Below are positions 35,525 to 44,679 of a stretch of 64,000 nt of DNA, piece by piece. The stretch spans positions 21,454 through 85,453 of the forward strand of contig CALESQ010000111.1 in NCBI GenBank assembly GCA_937907455.1, read 5' to 3'. Below the pieces are notes generated by a model. The model was not told the DNA's origin and did no database searches. It worked only from the letters and a program-made list of their open reading frames with translations. The position numbers and the translations under genes were made by a program. This DNA is from an uncultured Caldilineales bacterium (GTDB lineage: Bacteria > Chloroflexota > Anaerolineae > JAAEKA01). The stretch's first letter is position 1; the number at the start of each line of letters is the position of its first letter.

Positions 35525-35709
35525 CTCCCATCACCCGCCCCACCAGTCAAACGCGCCGCGCGCAGGTGGCCCAAGCCTGCGCCCGGCTGGTGGATTTGCT
35601 TGCCGACCGGCCGCTGCCGGCTGGTTCTGTGGCCGCGCCAGGTCGTGCCAACCCCCAGCCAACGAGCTACAGAACCAGCCGGCAGCGGCTGGAGGAGACC
35701 ACCCCATGA
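35521..35709 (+). CDS. hypothetical protein (62 aa)
   Basis: ORF track. Confidence 0.4.
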   Translation: MTPITRPTSQTRRAQVAQACARLVDLLADRPLPAGSVAAPGRANPQPTSYRTSRQRLEETTP

Positions 35710-35843
35710 CCACCCCAAAACGCCTGCGCCTTTTCCTGGCCGCGCTGCTGCTGGCGCTGGCCACTCTCGCCTGCGGCAACATGAGCGAAAACAGCCGCAC
35801 GCTGGACGGCATCCAGCGCACCGTACAGGAGGCATCCCGATGA
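35706..35843 (+). CDS. small lipoprotein (45 aa; lipobox LATLAC)
   Basis: ATG 35706; MTTPKRLRLFLAALLLALATLACGN. Confidence 0.45.
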   Translation: MTTPKRLRLFLAALLLALATLACGNMSENSRTLDGIQRTVQEASR

Positions 35844-36049
35844 CCGCCGCCACCCTGCCCCTCGACTTCGACCTGCCCGACTTCGGCCGCGGCGCCTGGC
35901 AGATGTTCACCGCCGACCACGACCCGGACGAGGCGCGCGCAGCCTTCCAGGCCCGCTACGGCCGGCCCCCGCAACACGTCGCGCTGGACAAGCGCTTCCG
36001 GGTTGTGACCCTGAAAGCCGGCCCGGCGCCGGAGGAGGAGACGCTGTGA
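35840..36049 (+). CDS. hypothetical protein (69 aa)
   Basis: ATG 35840 overlapping stop; frame of ORF 35600..36049. Confidence 0.45.
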   Translation: MTAATLPLDFDLPDFGRGAWQMFTADHDPDEARAAFQARYGRPPQHVALDKRFRVVTLKAGPAPEEETL

Positions 36050-38085
36050 CCGACATCCCGCGCGTAGACTGGTACGGCTGCTTTGATAAAACCTGGGCTG
36101 GCTTGCTAGTTGGTGAGGCATTCTCGCACCCCGCCAAAGCCCCGCACGGGTTAGCGGAACGCATTTATCGCCACATGCTTGACAATGGCTGGATCAAGCC
36201 CGGAGACAAAATTATTGATCCCTTTGGTGGCATCGGCGGCCTGGGTTTTCATGCGGCGCTCTTCGGCCTGCACTGGACCGGCTGCGAGTTGGAGGCCCGC
36301 TTCGTGGACTTGGGCAACGGCTACGAGTGCAGCGAGGCGCACCCCTGCCCGGCCTGCAAGCCGGCCTTCGACGAGCTGGCCCGCTGCCGGCGCGCGGAGG
36401 AGGAGGCCAAGGCGCTGCTGGACGGCGGTACTGAGGACGACACCGAGGCGGTCGCGCGCCAAGCGGCCTACGATCACGCTCACGAGAAGCTGCTGGACGC
36501 GCTGACCGTCGAACCCTGCGGCCAGCGCCAGGCCGGCAACATCGAGACCTGGCGCGCCCGCTATGCGCCCCACTTCCCCGGCTACGGCTCAGCCCGGCTC
36601 CTGCAAGGCGACAGCCGGCGGCTTAGGGCGGTGATCGCGGAGGCGGATGGCGTGGTGAGTAGCCCGCCGTTTCATGACAGCCTCGACCTGGGCTTGGTCA
36701 ACGCTGCAGAACGCCGTCAGGTGGCGCGTGCCGCTGGCATAAGCAACGCTGAACACATTTCGCCAATCGACATGGAGCGGCACAAACTACGCAATCAAGC
36801 TGACTACGACTCCACCCCCGGCCAACTCGGCGCCATGCCTGCCGGCTCTCACGACGCCGTAGTCTCCTCACCCCCCTACGCCCAGGCCCGCATCGACGGC
36901 CACGGCGACGAGGGCGCGTCGGGGCTGCGTGCGCAGGACGGCAGCTACCTGCGCGGCCCGGACGGCTGGCAGCAGCGCAAGGCAATGGGCGGGCGCTACG
37001 GCGATAGCGACGGGAACCTGGCCAATCTGCCGGCAGGGGAGCTGGCCGATGGGGTGGTGTCAAGCCCGCCCTACGCGGAGACGGAGATCACCGGACGCCG
37101 CAACTTCGCCTCGCCGGCCAACCCCGGCGGCCAGGACGCCAACATCAACACCGCCGACCGGCAAGACGGCTACGGCAGCACGCCGGGCAACCTGGGCGCG
37201 CTACGGGCCGGCGATTGGGATGCGGCCATCTCGTCGCCGCCCTACGCGGAGACCATCAACCAGACCGATGGCGCCAACGACGCCCAGGCCCGCGTGCAGC
37301 GCAAGGCCGCGGCCGGCGTAGACGTGACGCAACCGATCAACGTCGGCGGCCCCAACAGCGTCCTGAACCAGCCGCAAAACTACGGCAGCACGCCGGGCAA
37401 CCTGGGCGCGCTACGGGCCGGCGATTGGGATGCGACCATCTCGTCGCCGCCCTACGCGGACGGCGCGCAGCACACAGGCGGCGAGACCCGCATGACCAGC
37501 GGGCAAGGCGGTCCGATCCAGTTCGTGGCCTACGGCTCATCGCCCGGCCAACTTGCCGACCTGCCAGCCGGCGACTTCGACGCCTCGGTGGCCTCGCCGC
37601 CCTACGAGCAGCGCACCGTCCACGGCCAGGCCGGCGTGACACGGGAAGGCTTTGCTGACCCGGCGCGCGTCGGCAAAACAAGCGCTGCGCTGGTGTTGGA
37701 CGACTACGGCGCCGACCCGGACAACCTGGGCAACAACACTGGCGAGACGTTCTGGTCTGCCGCGCGCACGATCCTGGAGGAGACCTTCGCCATCCTGAAG
37801 CCGGGCGGCTATGCAGCGTGGATCACTGGCGATTTTGTCCGCGACAAGAAGCGCGTCCTTTTCGGCGAACAGTGGCTGGCGCTGTGCGAGGCCGTCGGCT
37901 TCGAGCCGGTGCTGTGGGCGGTGGCCTGGAAGGCCGAGACGCACGGCCACCAGCTCGGCATCTTCGGAGAGCCGGTCGAGCTGAGGACCTCAAAAGTTTC
38001 GTTCTTTCGCCGGCTGGCCAACCGCAACAACCCGGACGCGGCGATTGAGAACGAGGATGTCCTGTTTGTTCGCAAGCCTTTATAG
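36046..38085 (+). CDS. DNA methyltransferase-like protein with N-terminal SAM motif I and six tandem SPPY(F) modules
   Basis: IIDPFGGIGGLG; VVSSPPF, VVSSPPYAQA, VVSSPPYAET, AISSPPYAET, TISSPPYADG, SVASPPYEQ each preceded by a YGSTPGxLGA-type segment; C-terminal ILKPGGYAAWITGDF. Confidence 0.7.
   Translation: MTDIPRVDWYGCFDKTWAGLLVGEAFSHPAKAPHGLAERIYRHMLDNGWIKPGDKIIDPFGGIGGLGFHAALFGLHWTGCELEARFVDLGNGYECSEAHPCPACKPAFDELARCRRAEEEAKALLDGGTEDDTEAVARQAAYDHAHEKLLDALTVEPCGQRQAGNIETWRARYAPHFPGYGSARLLQGDSRRLRAVIAEADGVVSSPPFHDSLDLGLVNAAERRQVARAAGISNAEHISPIDMERHKLRNQADYDSTPGQLGAMPAGSHDAVVSSPPYAQARIDGHGDEGASGLRAQDGSYLRGPDGWQQRKAMGGRYGDSDGNLANLPAGELADGVVSSPPYAETEITGRRNFASPANPGGQDANINTADRQDGYGSTPGNLGALRAGDWDAAISSPPYAETINQTDGANDAQARVQRKAAAGVDVTQPINVGGPNSVLNQPQNYGSTPGNLGALRAGDWDATISSPPYADGAQHTGGETRMTSGQGGPIQFVAYGSSPGQLADLPAGDFDASVASPPYEQRTVHGQAGVTREGFADPARVGKTSAALVLDDYGADPDNLGNNTGETFWSAARTILEETFAILKPGGYAAWITGDFVRDKKRVLFGEQWLALCEAVGFEPVLWAVAWKAETHGHQLGIFGEPVELRTSKVSFFRRLANRNNPDAAIENEDVLFVRKPL
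37170..37250 (+). repeat. 81-bp intragenic direct repeat, copy 1 (encodes one SPPY module)
   Basis: 80/81 identical to 37380-37460, spacing exactly 210 bp (70 codons). Confidence 0.85.
37380..37460 (+). repeat. 81-bp intragenic direct repeat, copy 2
   Basis: see copy 1. Confidence 0.85.
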
Positions 38086-38256
38086 CCCGCAGCGACCAAC
38101 ACGGCCAAATCGCCGGTCGAGCAAGCCGCTACAGTAGCCCCCAGGGACGCCAGGACGGCCCAGGAGCGATTTTACCGCCATTTCGTGTGTATCCATCCAG
38201 CAGATCGCCAGAACGCCCATTCTGGCCCCGCTACAGCCAACCGAAAGGACCGCACC

Positions 38257-38493
38257 GTGACCACTGAAGCCCAACTGCGACTCGCCATTCGCCTGCGCGA
38301 CGGCGGCGCCGCCCTCTACGACCTGGCCTACCTGGCCAGCCACAGCAGCATCCACCCCGACTATGGCCGGATCGCCTTCCGCATGAACGCCGAGGGCTGG
38401 GCCAGGCGCTCCGGCGACGAGGTAGTGGCCGAAGCTGCGGCCCGCTTCGCTGCGGAGCAGGCCGCGCTCGGTGCGATGGACGGGCAGCCATGA
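38257..38493 (+). CDS. hypothetical protein (78 aa)
   Basis: GTG 38257; weak RBS. Confidence 0.35.
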   Translation: MTTEAQLRLAIRLRDGGAALYDLAYLASHSSIHPDYGRIAFRMNAEGWARRSGDEVVAEAAARFAAEQAALGAMDGQP

Positions 38494-39029
38494 CCACCAT
38501 CATCGTCCGCCATCGCACCGACAAGCAGCCCACCGAGAGGCCCTACCTGCGGCGCTTCCAGCGCATCAGCTGCGCCAAGACGTACGGCTACCGCCCGCTC
38601 TGGTCGGCAGAGCGCGAACACGCGGCGGAGTTGGAGGCGCCAGCGGCCCGCGCGCTGCTGGCCTGGCTGCGCTCCTCCAAGTTCGGAGCCGGCTACGAGT
38701 ACGAGTCGCCCGGCCTAGCCGAAGCGCCCGCCATCTCCCCGCGCGAACGGGAGATTACCCGCCGGCAACACCTGGTGCTGGAGGCGCTGGCTCAGTGGAG
38801 CGAGATCAACTCCGGCGCGCTGGCTGACCAGACCGGGCTGCCCCGCCGCGAGATCAGAACCATCTTGACCTACCTGAAAGACACCGGCGCAGCCGAGCGC
38901 GACGGCGATCTGTGGCACGGCCAATGGCGCGCCACGAAGTACGGCTACTGGCTGGTGGCACGCCGCCGGCTGGTGGCGCAGATCGCCGGCCGGCCCGGCT
39001 GGGTGGTGCAGGAGGCTCCCCGTGTTTGA
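38490..39029 (+). CDS. winged-helix (MarR-like) DNA-binding protein (179 aa)
   Basis: ORF track; REITRRQHLVLEALAQWSEINSGALADQTGLPRREIRTILTYLKDTGAAER. Confidence 0.5.
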   Translation: MTTIIVRHRTDKQPTERPYLRRFQRISCAKTYGYRPLWSAEREHAAELEAPAARALLAWLRSSKFGAGYEYESPGLAEAPAISPREREITRRQHLVLEALAQWSEINSGALADQTGLPRREIRTILTYLKDTGAAERDGDLWHGQWRATKYGYWLVARRRLVAQIAGRPGWVVQEAPRV

Positions 39030-39396
39030 GCACTGGCGCATGGCCCTCTTCGTGGCCGGCATGATCGTTCTGGCTCCCCTGCTCGCGCTGGGCCTGCTGC
39101 GGCTCGCGCACTTCCTGGCCATCAACGCCCTGGCCCGCCTCACTATGCGGCCTGGCGTGCGTTACGAGGGCTGGCGTTGGCGCCGGGTGCGCGCCTACGT
39201 CATCGACCGGGACCACGGCAAGTGCGTGCGCTGCGGCCGGCGCTACCGGCTGATGCACGTCCACCACCGGCTCCCCGTGGCGCGCGGCGGGTCGCACCAG
39301 ACGTGGAACCTGGAGACGCGCTGCTACGAGTGCCACCGGGATGAGCACGCGTGGATGCCCGAAACTGGCCCATCAAATAGCTTGACAATCCGGTGA
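39022..39396 (+). CDS. HNH endonuclease with N-terminal TM segment (124 aa)
   Basis: GTG start after GGAGG; DHGKCVRCG..HVHHRLPVARGG..NLETRCYECH. Confidence 0.65.
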   Translation: MFEHWRMALFVAGMIVLAPLLALGLLRLAHFLAINALARLTMRPGVRYEGWRWRRVRAYVIDRDHGKCVRCGRRYRLMHVHHRLPVARGGSHQTWNLETRCYECHRDEHAWMPETGPSNSLTIR

Positions 39397-39410
39397 TAAT
39401 AGGTTATAAT
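39382..39410 (+). promoter_or_regulatory. promoter TTGACA-N17-TATAAT upstream of RHH gene
   Basis: TTGACA 39382-39387, TATAAT 39405-39410. Confidence 0.65.
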
Positions 39411-39420
39411 CGGTGATGCC

Positions 39421-39651
39421 ATGACAAATAGAAACCACCCCCCTGTCACACTCTCTATTCGGATGCCGCGCAACGTCTACGACGCCGTGGCCGCGCGGGC
39501 GCAGGCCGAGGATCGCTCGCTGAACTACGTGATCAACACGACTCTGGGCGCAGCGCTTGCCGGAGCAGGTGGACGACCTGCTGAGACAACGAACGGTTCT
39601 CTTGCCGCGCCAGCTCAGCCAGCGCCTGGTGCAGATCGGCCGGCATCCTGA
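39421..39651 (+). CDS. ribbon-helix-helix (CopG/Arc-like) protein, plus-strand member of convergent pair
   Basis: VTLSIRMPRNVYDAVAARAQAEDRSLNYVINTTL; low-complexity tail. Confidence 0.5.
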   Translation: MTNRNHPPVTLSIRMPRNVYDAVAARAQAEDRSLNYVINTTLGAALAGAGGRPAETTNGSLAAPAQPAPGADRPAS

Positions 39652-39700
39652 CGCTCATCGTCACGGTCTCTTGAGACTGGTCGAGTTTGGGTCTGGACAT
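39533..39700 (-). CDS. ribbon-helix-helix protein (55 aa), minus-strand member; 3' ends overlap ~120 nt with plus-strand paralog
   Basis: VTMSVRMPADLHQALAELARQENRSLSQQVVHLL; own minus-strand TTGTGC-N17-TATACT promoter, near-leaderless start. Confidence 0.5.
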   Translation of the reverse strand: MSRPKLDQSQETVTMSVRMPADLHQALAELARQENRSLSQQVVHLLRQALRPESC

Positions 39701-39744
39701 AGCCCAAGTATAGCACCAAAACGGTGCGCGCACAAGAGTTTTTT

Positions 39745-40593
39745 ATGACGACTTACAAAATCGCCGTCAACCGTCACCCCCTCGACCGAAAACTACCCCA
39801 CGGCGACCCGTTCTGGCCGACCTTCAACGCGTCGTTTCAGAACCTGGAGCTGGAGCCGTTCGACCTGGGCCGGATGATCTACGACGGCCACGCCATTACC
39901 ACCTGGCACGGCAACAACTGGCGCCACTCCAAGAACTTCCTGCTCGGCCAGCACCTGGGGCTGGACTTCGACACCGAGGACAAGCGCAGCGCGCTGGCCA
40001 CGCTGATGGCCGACAAGTTCATCGCCCGCTATGCGGCGCTGCTCTACACCACCCCCAGCCATACCCCAGAGAAACCTCGAACGCGCGTGATCTTCCTGTT
40101 GGACACCCCCATCCAGCAGGCCAAAAACTACGCCTTGGCTGCCCAGGCGCTCATCTGGTCGTTCGGCTCCGCCGACAGCGCCTGCAAAGACCCGGCCAGA
40201 AGCTGGTGGGGGTCCCTGCACTGTGAGATGGAGATACCCTACAAGGAACTGCCGCTGGATATGGTTAAGCGGCTGATCGCCCAGCACCAGGAAGTTACGG
40301 CTAGGGAAAAGAGTAGCCGGCCGCGCGTGGCGCTAGACACGGCGGTCAACGACAAGTACATCACGGCCGCTCTGCGCAGCGAGGTGGAAGCAATGCTCGC
40401 TGCCCCCCAAGGCGCGCGCAACGCGACACTGAACCGGGCGGTCTTTAACCTGGGGCGCTTCGTCGCCAGCGGGGAAATGTCGGAGACCGTGATCGAGGAC
40501 GCGCTGGCTGATGCGGCACGCGCGGTCGGCCTGGAAGAGCAGGAGATAGTGGCCACCCTACGGAGCGCAATGAGAGCAGCGACAGGAACGTAA
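39745..40593 (+). CDS. bifunctional primase-polymerase (Prim-Pol) with PriCT-1-like C-terminus
   Basis: LGLDFDTED (DxD); TTPSHTPEKP; NATLNRAVFNLGRFVASG PriCT-like. Confidence 0.6.
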   Translation: MTTYKIAVNRHPLDRKLPHGDPFWPTFNASFQNLELEPFDLGRMIYDGHAITTWHGNNWRHSKNFLLGQHLGLDFDTEDKRSALATLMADKFIARYAALLYTTPSHTPEKPRTRVIFLLDTPIQQAKNYALAAQALIWSFGSADSACKDPARSWWGSLHCEMEIPYKELPLDMVKRLIAQHQEVTAREKSSRPRVALDTAVNDKYITAALRSEVEAMLAAPQGARNATLNRAVFNLGRFVASGEMSETVIEDALADAARAVGLEEQEIVATLRSAMRAATGT

Positions 40594-40595
40594 CT

Positions 40596-40799
40596 ATGCC
40601 AACCATCACGCACCACGAAGACGGGCTAGAACTGTTCGTCAACCAACTTGGCACCATCTCGCTCCAGCAATACGAGCCGGCGCTGGGGATGACCATGACC
40701 GTCTGTATCCGACCGGAACACGTCGAAGCAGTGCGTCAGCACCTTGCTGACCTGAGCGCCGAAGCGCAGCAGTTTGTCGCAGAGGAAACACCGCGATGA
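40596..40799 (+). CDS. hypothetical protein (67 aa)
   Basis: ORF track. Confidence 0.45.
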   Translation: MPTITHHEDGLELFVNQLGTISLQQYEPALGMTMTVCIRPEHVEAVRQHLADLSAEAQQFVAEETPR

Positions 40800-41215
40800 G
40801 TGTCAAGCTAATGTCCGCCATCTGGGACAACGACGATCCCAACTTATACGGTGATGGCTTGCTGACCATGCTGGTTTTGGCAGACAACACTCAGGACGAC
40901 GGAGCGTGCGAGGTAGCAATAAAGCGCCTCGACCGCCGCTTGCGGCTGACGCGCGCCGACACAATCAGCATCTTGCTGATGCTTGAAAAGATGGGCTACG
41001 TGACCATCGGGTGTGTAAACGATTTTTCTTTTACAGGAACCGTTAACGTCTTTGCCGACGACAAGCGCTGCGCAAAGTGCGGTACGGGATTTCACCTGAC
41101 GATTGATCATGTCACGCCGAAATCATGGGGCGGCTCCGATGAACCAGGCAACTTGCAATGGCTGTGCCGGTCATGCAACAGCAGCAAAGGCAATCGCCAC
41201 GCCACGAGGTATTAG
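40796..41215 (+). CDS. HNH endonuclease (139 aa), low-GC
   Basis: CAKCG..HLTIDHVTPKSWGGSDEPGNLQWLCRSCNSSKGN. Confidence 0.7.
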   Translation: MSVKLMSAIWDNDDPNLYGDGLLTMLVLADNTQDDGACEVAIKRLDRRLRLTRADTISILLMLEKMGYVTIGCVNDFSFTGTVNVFADDKRCAKCGTGFHLTIDHVTPKSWGGSDEPGNLQWLCRSCNSSKGNRHATRY

Positions 41216-42118
41216 ATGACCCGCAGAATGCTCGATAGCGCAATCTGGAAAAACGAGAAGTTCGCAGTCATGCCCCCGATGGCGAGACTGCTTGCTATCG
41301 GCATAATCAACCACGCCGACGACCAGGGACGGGGAAAAGCGCACCCGGTTTATCTGCGTTCGCAAATCTTCCCCTTCGACGACGTGACAGCCGGACAAGT
41401 AGCCGACTGGCTAGATATGGTTGCGGGGAACGAAACGATCCTGATCTACCAAGCGGACGGCAAGGACTATTACCAAATCCTGAACTGGTGGACCTACCAG
41501 TCACACCAGTACGCCATGCCGTCGCAGTATCCCAAACCCCCCGGCTGGCGGGACCGAATCCGCAAGACATTCACCAGGGGCGTAATAGTCACCTGCAACT
41601 GGATCACAGCGGACGGCAAACGTTCACCTGATACGTGCGATGAGCAAGGACTTGCTATTCAGGTGAAGGATCAGGTGAAGGATCAGGTGAAGGTACAAGG
41701 TGAAGGATCGGGTGAAGGTACAAGTTCAAGTATAAGTTTAAGTATAAGATCATCTTCTAAAGACGCCGCTGAAAACGCTTTGATCGACCCGGAACTTGCG
41801 CAAGCGCTGACTCGCTGGAAAGAAATCTTTACCGGCACGCCCCACGAAGCCACCCCGCCGATTGCGATGCTGCCTAAGTGGCTAGCCTACGGTGGCGTGA
41901 ACGTTTTGTGCTACATGATCGACAAGGCCAAGGACAAGTCAAACCCTACCGGGTATCTCTACACAACTTACGATAACTGGCGCCAAGACGGCGAGGTGGC
42001 GCCCTACGTGCAAAAGGCCGTCGCAAATGGAAAGAACCCGGCGCCTACGAAACTCGAAGTCACTCACTTCATTCATCCTATCACTGGAGAAATTACGCCG
42101 GTGCCAGAAAAAGCATAA
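41216..42118 (+). CDS. phage replisome organiser-like / DnaD-like replication initiation protein with internal QVKD tandem repeats
   Basis: N-terminal MLDSAIWKNEKFAVMPPMARLLAIGIINHADDQGRG; 12-bp tandem repeats at ~41660-41700. Confidence 0.5.
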   Translation: MTRRMLDSAIWKNEKFAVMPPMARLLAIGIINHADDQGRGKAHPVYLRSQIFPFDDVTAGQVADWLDMVAGNETILIYQADGKDYYQILNWWTYQSHQYAMPSQYPKPPGWRDRIRKTFTRGVIVTCNWITADGKRSPDTCDEQGLAIQVKDQVKDQVKVQGEGSGEGTSSSISLSIRSSSKDAAENALIDPELAQALTRWKEIFTGTPHEATPPIAMLPKWLAYGGVNVLCYMIDKAKDKSNPTGYLYTTYDNWRQDGEVAPYVQKAVANGKNPAPTKLEVTHFIHPITGEITPVPEKA

Positions 42119-42187
42119 TTACAACAGCGTCTTGCCGCAAACGGTGGCAAGTTCTCGCCCTCCCCAAAGGGTATCCCGGAGCATTTA

Positions 42188-43246
42188 ATGAATCCCGACG
42201 TTGCGCAATTTGAAGCCCTTGGCAAGGAACTCCTGCGCCGCTGTCTCGCCGAGGAGGAGCCGGCCGACCTGCACGCTTGGGCGACACAGGCGCTGGCCCA
42301 CATCGGCGGCACGACCGACGCCAGCGCGGTCTTGCGCTGGAAAGACAGCTTCACCTATTACGAGGAACTCTTGCGCCAGCGCGCCGCAATGGCCCTCCTG
42401 CCGCCTGATCAGCGCCGGCAGATCGACTGGCCCTGGGCCTCCTGGAACCGGCTGATCAGTCCCATGAAGCCGGGGATGCTGGCCAGCATCTCTGCCCCGG
42501 ACGGCGAGGGTAAGACCATCGTGGTTGAGTGCCTGGCAGAACATTGGGCGGCGCGCGGCCACCGGGTTGCCTTTGTCCACTACGAGTTGAACCGCGAACT
42601 GATGATGGATCGGCGCACCGCGCGCCATACGTCCATCGTTGTGCGAATGCTTGAGTCTGGTATGCTCACGCCAGAGCAAGAGGCAATTATTCAGGCCGTG
42701 CGCCCCCGACTTGAGGCGTGGGAGGGCGAGATCAACTACGTCCACACCCCCGGCTGGACGATGGAGCAGACTGTCGCCGAGCTACGCAGGCTGCGCGAGG
42801 AGGGCTTGTGCGACGTGGTGGTCATCGACTACCTGGAGAAAGCATTTGCCAGCGCGCGCCAACTCAAGATGTACGGCGCCAACTACTGGCTGCGTGAGGC
42901 CGACAACGTAGAGATGCTCAAGAGTTTCGCCGAGAGCGCCAAATTGCCGGTCATCATGGTGACGCAACTAAACAAGGCCGGCAAGACCATCGAGGCGGCC
43001 AAGATGGATCGCAGTGACATCGGTGGTTCCGGCGAGAAGTCCACCAAAGCAAATCTGGTGGTGCTACTGAAGCGCGAGACGAACGCCGACGGCAGCCGGT
43101 CCAACGTCGTCCGGGTGCGCATTGACAAGAACACAATGGGCGCGGACGGCGCCTTCGTGCAGTACATGCAGCCGGAGTTCTTCCGGCTGGCCGACATCCA
43201 CGAGGCAGGCAACAACAACAATGGACGATCTCATACAGCGAATTGA
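42188..43246 (+). CDS. DnaB-like replicative helicase (RecA-fold C-terminal domain)
   Basis: Walker A SAPDGEGKT; Walker B VVVIDYLE; helicase-type segment DIGGSGEKSTKANLVVLL. Confidence 0.7.
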   Translation: MNPDVAQFEALGKELLRRCLAEEEPADLHAWATQALAHIGGTTDASAVLRWKDSFTYYEELLRQRAAMALLPPDQRRQIDWPWASWNRLISPMKPGMLASISAPDGEGKTIVVECLAEHWAARGHRVAFVHYELNRELMMDRRTARHTSIVVRMLESGMLTPEQEAIIQAVRPRLEAWEGEINYVHTPGWTMEQTVAELRRLREEGLCDVVVIDYLEKAFASARQLKMYGANYWLREADNVEMLKSFAESAKLPVIMVTQLNKAGKTIEAAKMDRSDIGGSGEKSTKANLVVLLKRETNADGSRSNVVRVRIDKNTMGADGAFVQYMQPEFFRLADIHEAGNNNNGRSHTAN

Positions 43247-43403
43247 TGAACTGGAACAGACCCTGGCGCAGATCGCCGGCTGCGCGGCTCACCAGCAGCA
43301 GCCGCACCGCCGGCTGGCCGCCATCCACCGCTGGGCCACGAACGCGCTGCTGCCTGAGCCAGAGCACAGCATGGGCCTGGTGGTCGAGGAGTTTGACGCA
43401 TGA
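43221..43403 (+). CDS. hypothetical protein (60 aa)
   Basis: ATG 43221 overlapping helicase 3' end (frame of ORF 43122..43403). Confidence 0.35.
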   Translation: MDDLIQRIDELEQTLAQIAGCAAHQQQPHRRLAAIHRWATNALLPEPEHSMGLVVEEFDA

Positions 43404-43576
43404 CCCCAAACCAGAAGCAAGGCCGCTTCGACTTCCTGCTCGCCCTGCCACACCTGTGGCCAGAGCAGGTCGAAGAGCTGCGGCAACTCAGCGTCGAGCT
43501 GGGCCGGGCAGCGCGCTTCTACCAGCTCGACCTCAACAACCAGCCGGCCGCCTGGCTGGAGGCCAACCATGACTGA
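43400..43576 (+). CDS. hypothetical protein (58 aa)
   Basis: ATGA overlaps both sides. Confidence 0.4.
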   Translation: MTPNQKQGRFDFLLALPHLWPEQVEELRQLSVELGRAARFYQLDLNNQPAAWLEANHD

Positions 43577-43826
43577 GACCGAGCGCCTCCTACTCCTCGT
43601 CGCCATCGGCTTCGCCCTGGGCTACGCCACCGGCCGGATGATCCCCGTCCTCTGGGCCACCCGCCTGCGCTGGACCATCCAGGATCACACGCCCCGCCGC
43701 TGCGCCGAGTGCGGCCGCTGGTGCTGGACCGGCGACACGGAGCGCGCCCGCCACAAGCTCGCCGGCTGGGTGCGCGTCTGCCGGCGCTGCTACGCCGAGC
43801 ACTACAAGCCGTTCAGCAAGGAATAG
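43569..43826 (+). CDS. small membrane/zinc-ribbon protein (85 aa)
   Basis: ORF track; CAECGRWC..CRRC. Confidence 0.5.
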   Translation: MTETERLLLLVAIGFALGYATGRMIPVLWATRLRWTIQDHTPRRCAECGRWCWTGDTERARHKLAGWVRVCRRCYAEHYKPFSKE

Positions 43827-43828
43827 TT

Positions 43829-43948
43829 ATGTCAAAAAGCGAGGTGATCAAACTTGTCCAAGAAATCAAGGCCACTAAAGACCCGCAAACCTTGCGTGAG
43901 CTGCGCAAGCGCCTCATCAAGGCGGTCGCGCTCACGCCCAAACGCTAA
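43829..43948 (+). CDS. small basic protein (39 aa)
   Basis: ATG 43829; in-frame part of ORF 43709..43948. Confidence 0.3.
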   Translation: MSKSEVIKLVQEIKATKDPQTLRELRKRLIKAVALTPKR

Positions 43949-44022
43949 CAGCCACGACGCGCACCGCGCCGAGTACGTCGCCGCCGGCTGGCGCGTCGTT
44001 GACATCGACGCCCCTGTGGCGC

Positions 44023-44480
44023 CTGAGCCGGCCGCGCCCGACGCCCGACCGCTCACCCTCCTCCTGGCCGGCGCGCTCCTCCTGGCGGCGCTGACCGTGC
44101 TGCTGGTCGGCGGCTCCCTGGCCTGGCTGGACGCCGAGGCACAAGGACAGCCAACTGTTTACCGCGCGCTGCTCACCTGCCCAGAGAACCGCATCATCGT
44201 CAACGACGAGACGCCCCATACCTACTGGCGCGCGGTCTACACTGGCCGGCCACCCACCGATCCAGCCTGCAACTGGGGATGCGTCTGCTTCACCGGCTGG
44301 GGCCTGCTGCCGGCTGGCGGCAGTTGGTGGGTGCCGATGTACCAGGACGATGGCGCTGTTGTGCGCCGCAACCTCTCCGTTGAAGTCATGGAGGCCGGCA
44401 ACGCGCCGCTAGTCGTGGCGGTGTGGCCGGCGCGCCCCTGTGGCAGCTCGGTGTGGCTGCCGGCAGTGGAGCGCTACTGA
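44023..44480 (+). CDS. membrane protein (one TM helix; start uncertain, possibly GTG 44023)
   Basis: frame of ORF 43854..44480; LLLAGALLLAALTVLLVGG. Confidence 0.35.
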
Positions 44481-44679
44481 TGACCATCTCCAACGCCCTG
44501 GCTGTTTGGGGCCGGCAACTGGAGGCCGCCGGCTACCGCGACGTACAGCCGCGCGTGCTGGTCGTCACGCAAGGCCCCAACCCGCTGCCTGTCCTGCTGA
44601 TCGACGCCGCCCTGAGCGATGCCGAGGCCGAGCAGGTGCTGCTGGCCGCGCTGGCCGTGCTCAAGAAGGGAGACGGTTG

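Noticed and set aside
39421-39733. Treating one of the two overlapping RHH ORFs as a spurious antisense frame
   Set aside because: Both encode recognisable RHH N-domains in mostly non-overlapping segments and each has its own promoter, so both are kept.
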